Shown here: in pieces, positions 57,173 to 64,000 of the stretch
How the letters are laid out: every line of letters begins with the position of its first letter
Numbering within the stretch: position 1 is the first letter of the stretch
NCBI GenBank assembly: GCA_963693365.1
Contig: CAVNZM010000004.1
Span: forward strand, 268,448-332,447
Origin: Amoebidium appalachense
Taxonomy: Eukaryota > Protista > Ichthyosporea
Length of the DNA: 64,000 nucleotides
Direction: 5' to 3'
Program-made: the position numbers and the translations under genes
Notes under the pieces: generated by a model
Told to the model about the DNA's origin: nothing
The model's database searches: none
What the model saw: only the letters and a program-made list of their open reading frames with translations

Positions 57173-58814
57173 CTAGAGGGTGGTGATGTAGTCTGCAAGT
57201 AGGTCCTGCACGTTGCCCTGACTACCCAGTATGCCCTCCACCACCGCTGTTAGCTGCAAACAGCTGCCAGCCCCCATGCCAGCCCTGTAAGGGATGATGG
57301 GCACAGCCACAGGCCCCACCCCCCTTGCCCTTATTGTCTGGTCGCTGACCGGCAAGCCTGCCTCCTGCCCTCCCCCCAGGCCCCCCAGCCTGCGTGCCCA
57401 CGAGTCCACGCCCAGGGTGCGCCTTAGCAGAGACATGCCCTGGTCGGGGTCGGGTGCAAGCAGGCGCAGGGAGCCACTTGGGGAGGTATTTGGGCTGGTG
57501 GTGTCTGGGCCCTTCATCTTTGTGCGTCTGATCAGCTCCAGCAGGGCTGCAATCAGGGCCTCTCTGACCTGCACCTCGTGCCCTAGCAGCGCCCTGACAC
57601 TGGCCATCTGCTCGAGCTGCAAAGACAACTGGCCCACTTCTCTTTGCAGCCCCTCGGCCCGCTGCTGCAGGGCACTGTCCCCTAGACTCTGCAGCCCGGC
57701 CCGGGCCTGCTGTTCCCGACCCGACACGGTCGGCCTGGCCCGGAACAGGTGTGGCTGCAGGCCCATGGCCCTGAGGGTGCGCACCTGCACCAGGGACCCA
57801 CTGAACGAGTAGCGGGCCGGGCGCTCGGGCCGCCTGTACGTGTCCCCGTGGCGCTGTGTGCCTGTGCCCGTGAACACCTCGTGCACATCCTCGGGCACCT
57901 CGAACCGCTGCCTGTTCTCTCGTAGCACCCGGCTGCACAGCGCCTGCCCGCGTCTGGAAAGGGGCCGGCCCTCCCCCCCCCTCACCCAGAGCCGGCGGTT
58001 GTGCAAAAGCACATCCAAAAATCTCCCCTGCCCATGCGCCGATATCTGACCCCTGCCAGCCAGCAAGTAGCCCACGTGGCTGGGCATGGGGGTCTGTGGC
58101 GTCTTGGGGGGATCCATAATCCGCCGTGGGAACTACCTGGGGCTCACTGGGGGGTGCCTGAAAATCCGCCCAGGCATCCTCCCCGCCACTCCCCCACTCC
58201 TCTTCCTCCTCCCCGCCGGGTGCCCCAAATGTGTTGCCTGCTTCAAAAGGTGCCTCATCAAAACTGCCAAAATCTCCAAAAGACCCCCCGTCGGCTTCAC
58301 TACCGAAATCTCCGAAAGCCCCCCCGTCGGCTTGATCTGAAATTTTGCCGAAGTCGCCCCCCTCGCTCTCTTTTCCAAATTCCCCAAAGGAAGCCTCCCC
58401 ACCCTCTTTCCCAAAATCAACGGCCCAACCCCCGTCATTGTCACCCGTCGGCACCGTTTGCTCTCTCGCTTCAGCCCCTAGGCCCTCTAGTGCGGGTGTT
58501 TGTAGGGATTCTGCGTCTGTGGTTTCTGTGTGTGTGTGGTGTGAAATTGTGTCTTGTGTGCGGTGCACGTGGTAGCGTAGTCTATCCAGGCGCACCCTCT
58601 CCTCCGCGTCGTAGTCTACCCCCGACCCCTCCTCCTCGTCCTCCTGCCAGGGGGGGTCTTCCTCCCCATCACTCAGGTCATGAAACCCAACCCCCGTGTA
58701 CGTGTCAGAGTCCGTGTCTGTCTGCTGCCCCTCGACCCCCTCCTCCCTCTCCTCCTGGCTCGCCCCCTTCCCCTCGGGCCACCCTCCTCCATCGTGTGCT
58801 TCCTCATGGTCCAT
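57173..58814 (-). CDS. Acidic protein with aftiphilin-like FGxF motifs and a FEZ/UNC-76-like C-terminus; apparent 1-nt frameshift at ~57975
   Basis: Frame 1 carries FGEF, FGDF (x2) and WADF. Frame 2 carries YSFSGSLVQVRTLRAMGL, a coiled coil LQREVGQLSLQLEQMASVRALLGHEVQVREALIAALLEL and terminal IIPY...LQLTAVVEGIL....VQDLLADYITTL. Confidence 0.7.
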
Positions 58815-60179
58815 CCTGCCCACAGCACAGGTTAGAAGCAGAACGAGCATATCTAAGTCTCCACAAATACTTAATGTGCACAGCAAACAGCCTCCGAAAA
58901 AAGCTTAAGATGGGAGGGTGGGAACGCAGGGCAGGGGGAAAGGAGGGGGGGGAGGGGGAGGAGGAGGAGGAGGAGGAGGGGGGGGGGGGGAGGGGGGGAG
59001 GGGGGGGGGGAGGGGGGGGGGGGGGAGGGGAGGGGGGGCCAGGAAGATGGTAGTGGCGGTGACGGGAGTGGTGGTGGTAGTGGTTTTTTTTTTTTTTTTT
59101 TTTGGGGGGGGGGGGGGGGGGGAAGGGGGGAGGGGGGGAAGGGAGGGGGGGGGGTGGGAGGGGGGGGAGGGGAAGGAAAGGGCAGAGTGGCGACAAACGA
59201 CACAAAGAGAGGAAGAGGCAGAGTGGCGTACAGAGTAGGAAGTAGAAAGTTACACAACGACAGGACAGGTGGCCTGGGAGGAGTGCTTGCAACAGTTTTG
59301 CCCAACAATACACACTCAAGTCACGAGCAGCGTAGATTCGCAGCCATACCAGAGCAGCAGGAAGACATAGCATACAGCCCCAAGATCTTTTAGACTCCAG
59401 GTATGTTTAGACAACGTGCCCCTTACTGCCTTTTTCTCCCACAATTTCTCTTCCAAAGTAACAGGTGCTTCCCGTGCCCCCAACTCCCTAATCCCTTGCT
59501 CACTTTTTGACTTTAATCTAAAGACAACATGCGAAGCCGACACGTCTCCCACCTTCACCCTATCCACTGTTGAACCCCTGATCCTCCACCCCTCTGCTGA
59601 TCCAGCCCCCCCCCCCCCCCCCCCCCTCCCCTCCCCTCCCATGCACGTCCCCCCCCCCCCCCCCCCCCCCTTCCCCCCCCCCCCCCCCCCCCCCCCGGTT
59701 CCCAACCCTATCTTTCCCTCACAAGCAATTTACTATGTCACGGCCAGCATTAACATTTTAAAACCATGCTCTGTAACCAACCCCTCTCCCCCTCCCCAAC
59801 CCCTCCATCCCCTCTCCTGCCTTCTCCTCCTCCTCCATCCCCTCCCAATACAAGCACTCACTAATAACCACACATACCTTCACTCATCGGTAACCCCCCC
59901 CCCCCCCCTCCCCCCCCCCCCCCCCCCCCCACCCCCACCCAACACCCAGCACCCACCTTAATATCTCTCTTCCGCTCCCTGTCATTCAGTTGTGTAAAAC
60001 TCCTGCCAGAAACAAGGCATATCCCACTGAATTAACGCACCACCATTTGTTCAGCGCCCCAACATCTTTGCCTCACTGCCAGATAACACCTCCACCACAC
60101 AACTCCCGTACGCGTGCATGCATCACGAAAGTACAAACTCAGCTGTTGCCCCGAGGCTCCCCAACACAAGAAAACCTTT

Positions 60180-60310
60180 AAGTTGGCTCATGATCAGCTA
60201 CGGTGGATAGTCAAGCACATTCCACCACGAACCCGTGGACCAATCGTAGGGCGCCAATTAACAGGCAGTTAGGTAGTTATTAACTATTTTGAACCAATAA
60301 GCAACGGCAT
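60180..60310. promoter_or_regulatory. CCAAT-box cluster in a divergent intergenic region
   Basis: accaatc (~60239), gccaatt (~60253) and accaata (~60293) in a repeat-free region between divergent genes. Confidence 0.4.
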
Positions 60311-62111
60311 ATCAGCTATCCCGATCGCCGCTTTCGTGATGTCGAACTTCCGATGGCATCATTTTCCCCCGTCCGGGCAGATGATGAGGCGGAGAAAGAG
60401 GCGAGAACTCAGCCTGACACGTCAGCGAAACTTGTGCCAGAAAACGAAACCACTACGAAACATGACAGTGACTGATTATAGGGAATCAAGAGTTAGAAGG
60501 GGGTGTTATGCTTGTGGATACAAGGTGTAGCGAAGAGATCTAAGCTTTCGATTGTTGACACCCATTTTCGTTACGCTTAGGTTATTGGGCTTGCGAGTAA
60601 CATCGTGGGTCAAAGTGCTCTGAGCACCTTTCAAGGTAGCACAGCACAACGGGTTAGACCACATAATTTCTAGACGCAGGGCCAAGGAAACGAAATATTG
60701 TACCCGATGCTTGTATGCATTGTTTGCTGAAGTACTAGAGAGACGTAGAGGCTATTTGTCAGCCCCAAACCCACACTCGTTCTTGCGGCTTCAAACCCCG
60801 GCCGTCCAATACTAATAGTTGAGAGACAGGCGCAGACGCCTAAGAAGGTATGGGTTTTGACTGAAGCTTTTGTGCTTTTTTTTTGGCTCTGGGCTGGCAT
60901 GACGCTGCCGAGAGAGTTTAAGGCTGCAGCGACTTTTGACCAAGCAGGTGTTTGTGTTGGAAGATGGGTGCTATTTTGATTTCGTGGCAGAGTTTTGTGT
61001 GAGCGGTGTGGAAGTGTCTTGATGTTTGCACTAGAAGGCGGCAGCAAATATGTGTGCTAACGCTTCGATTTATTTTATTTTTTTTTCGAGGATGTTGCAG
61101 AGCCCTGAATTTGAATTAGATCTGTACATGCTGGTGCCTTGCTTCTGGCTCTCCTGCACTTTTTGGCTTTTGGACTGTGTGCGCAACCTTTTGTGCCTTA
61201 AACATACTTGGAATCTGGCCATCTGTGGACGTGGTTGCAGAAATACTTCCAGAGTGCTTTTTGCTGTCTGTGGTGGATTTGGGTGTTGTAAACTTTCTAT
61301 TTTGGAGGAAATTCAGTGGCACACACTTTTCACCACTTGTGGCAGAAAAGACATTTGCCTGCTGGATTTTTTCTTTCTCTGTGCCCTCTCGTCTGTTTGT
61401 TTGCGTTTGGTGTGGGTGCATGTGTAGTGTGGGTGTGTGTGCGTGTGTGTGTACGTATGTATGTGTGCGTGCACGCAGGTGTGTGCGTGCTGGATCCATT
61501 GTCTTGTCCGAGTGGGATTGGTTTTTTTGAATTTTTTTGTAGATGTTGATTTAGTTGTCTGCATGTGTGGGGGCTACAACTGAAGTTGCATTTGTGCGAG
61601 GCACCTGTGTGTGGTTGTGTGTGCGTGTGCGTGTGCGTGTGCGTGTGTGTGTGTGTGTGTGCCCCCGCGCACGTGCCCTAGTGCCTTGGTAATTCGCCTT
61701 TGCGTGTGTGGTTTCTGTGTGTTAGGGCGTGTCAGTGAGCCTGCATGCCTTGGGTAGGATACAAACGACCGCTCGTCACGTGTTTGTTTTGTGTATGTGT
61801 GTGCGTGCATGCAGCTGTGTGTTCGTGTGTGCGTATATGCATGGCTGTGCGTGTGCGCACACATATACCTGGGTGATGTCCGCGCTATTGTGGTGGCCTG
61901 ACATGTATTTTTTCTATGTGGTTTGCGCATCAACTATCAATGTGCATGCTGTGGCTGCCGGGCCTAAAGTGGATAATGTCTTTGCCTCACATACCCCTGC
62001 AAGCGACAGATTCACCTTTGTGTGGGTGTTGGGTTGCGGAGCTATGCCGCATATGCCCAGACCCTTTTGCTTTTGCCTGGGCTGCGTTTTTCTGACGGGG
62101 TGTGCAGGAGG

Positions 62112-63200
62112 ATGGAGGACGAGCCACGGCGGCGCATGTGGCTGCTGCTTGTGTTTTTGAACTTCACGGCCCTGCTGCTGGCTCTGCTGCTCTACCCGGA
62201 GTTTGCTGTGCTGGGCCGCTTCCAGGAGGCACTGTGCACGGTGGGTGTGCGTGTGTATGTGGGTGGGTGGGTGTGGGGGTGTGGGTGGGTGGGTGTGGGG
62301 GTGTGGGTGGGTGGGTGTGGGGTGGGTGGGTGGGTGTGTCGTGTGGGTGGGTGTGGGTGGGTGTGGGTCGGTGGGAGTGGGTGGGTGGTTGTGGGGTGGG
62401 TGGGTGCGCGCGCACACACACGTGTGTTGCATGATGTTGTGTATTATTTACAGATTTATTTATTTTCACTCTCCTTTGTCTTTTTTTCCTTCTTGGGGAT
62501 TGTGCTGATGTTTGTGTGTGCTCGTCTCCAGACAGGTCCTGGTGTGTGTGCATGCGTGTGTGCATGATGAGTGCCTTGCATGCATGCATGTGTTATGCAT
62601 GTGTGCATGTTGAGTGCCTTGCATGCATGCGTGTTATGCATGTGTGCATGTTGAGTGCCTTGCATGCATGCATGTGTTATGCATGTGTGCATGTTGAGTG
62701 CCTTGCATGCATGCATGTGTTATGCATGTGTGCATGTTGAGTGCCTTGCATGCATGCATGTGTTATGCATGTGTGCATGTTGAGTGCCTTGCATGCATGC
62801 ATGTGTTGTGCATGTGTGCATGTTGAGTGCCTTGCATGCATGCATGTGTTATGCATGTGTGCAGTTCGTGCCTTCACTCTTGCCTCCCCGCGTATAAGCA
62901 CATGTGCTCGTGTGTGTTCCCCTCCACACCTACTCACCATATGCGCAGGTTGAGGGCAAGGCAGCATTCAGGTTCTACGAGAGTCAGGCCAAGATCACAG
63001 TCAATGTGACGGTGGGGGAGGACACCTTCCGGGCCAGTGCCTGCAACCCCATAGACTGTGACGTCAATGGGGGGGGCTTCATGGACAAGAGGGAGTGGCT
63101 GCAGATGTACAGGCTGGGGGAGACATACCCGTGCCTGTACGACCCACAGAGGGATGAGAATGGGTTTCAGTGGGTGGTCTTTGCCCCCCCAGTATACACG
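62112..63200 (+). CDS. Membrane protein resembling the BK-channel beta-subunit (CaKB)/TipE-like two-TM family; partial, 3' end outside the window
   Basis: Exons 62112-62240 (TM helix, then FQEALCT|V) and 62949-63200 (Cys-containing loop ending YRLGETYPCLYDP...VVF). Family assignment rests on motif resemblance only. Confidence 0.55.
62565..62865. repeat. ~43-bp intronic minisatellite (gagtgccttgcatgcatgcatgtgttatgcatgtgtgcatgtt), ~7 copies
   Basis: Direct tandem copies are visible. Confidence 0.9.
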
Positions 63201-63444
63201 GTACGTGAATGCATGGTGGGGGGGATGCATGGCTGTGCGGGCTTGGTGTGCCCTGGCATGGGTGGCATGGGCAGTGCGCACATACAGTCACCGCGCGTTA
63301 TAGTGCCCCTATAATACAGCCCCCCCCCCCCCCCCCCCCCCCCCCCCCGTGATGTCACCATTTTGGGGTCGCGTGCAGGATTTGAACACGGACACATTAC
63401 GATATTGCATCCGCCGCGATATAATGCCCCCCCGTAGTGTAACT

Positions 63445-63478
<34 letters not shown>

Positions 63479-64000
63479 TATCGAGCGGCGACTGTAGCTG
63501 TACTACGGGCATGCATGGGATGGTATGCACGTGCGTATGCATGAACATGATCATGCGCCAATGTGTACAAATGCATGAACATGCATGCACACATGCGCGC
63601 ACACGCACATGCACATGTGCTCGCAATGACGCATGCACATGTACATTATCATGCACATGCACACACACACGACACGCTCATGCACACGCAGGCATACAGG
63701 ACACACAAATGAAAACACACATACTCGATACACGTGCATCGGCACAGGTCACACGCACATGCACATGCATGCACACGCACATGCCCATGCACACAAATAC
63801 ACATGCATAAGCACATACACGCACATGCGCATGTACGGGCACATGCACATGCACACACGTGCATAAGCGCATGTACATGCACATGCACATGCACATGCAC
63901 ACACACAAACACACATGCGCATGCACACATCCACACGTACATGCACATGCTGCTTCGCACATGCGGATGCGCACATTCACACGCACATGTGCGTACTCAT

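Noticed and set aside
59316-59600. Minus-strand ORF upstream of the FEZ-like gene
   Set aside because: No recognisable homology or in-frame splice link; probably UTR or intron.

Overview
Intron-rich eukaryotic genomic DNA. The organism is probably a unicellular holozoan-like protist; this is an inference from a FEZ/UNC-76-like gene occurring beside a BT1 transporter. Short GC-rich exons are separated by GT-AG introns packed with (CA/TG)n, poly-C/poly-G and minisatellites, so most of the supplied ORF track is repeat noise. Manual splicing gives nine genes: a PhnP-like metallo-beta-lactamase (-, partial), a BT1 folate-biopterin transporter (+, 14 exons), a PMCA-type Ca2+-ATPase (+, 21 exons), an LCAT/LPLA2-family lipase (-), a DHRS12-like SDR (+), WDR1/AIP1 (-, 18 exons, first two introns GC-AG), NDUFAF3-like (+), an aftiphilin-like/FEZ-like protein (-, apparent frameshift) and a BK-beta-like membrane protein (+, partial). 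The main finding is a set of high-complexity, strongly base-paired islands in WDR1 introns that mostly fold on the pre-mRNA strand. They include two paralogous RNA families with compensatory base changes (one with a covarying pseudoknot) and a ~350-nt multidomain element. I could not match any of them to a known ncRNA class. All folding was done by eye.
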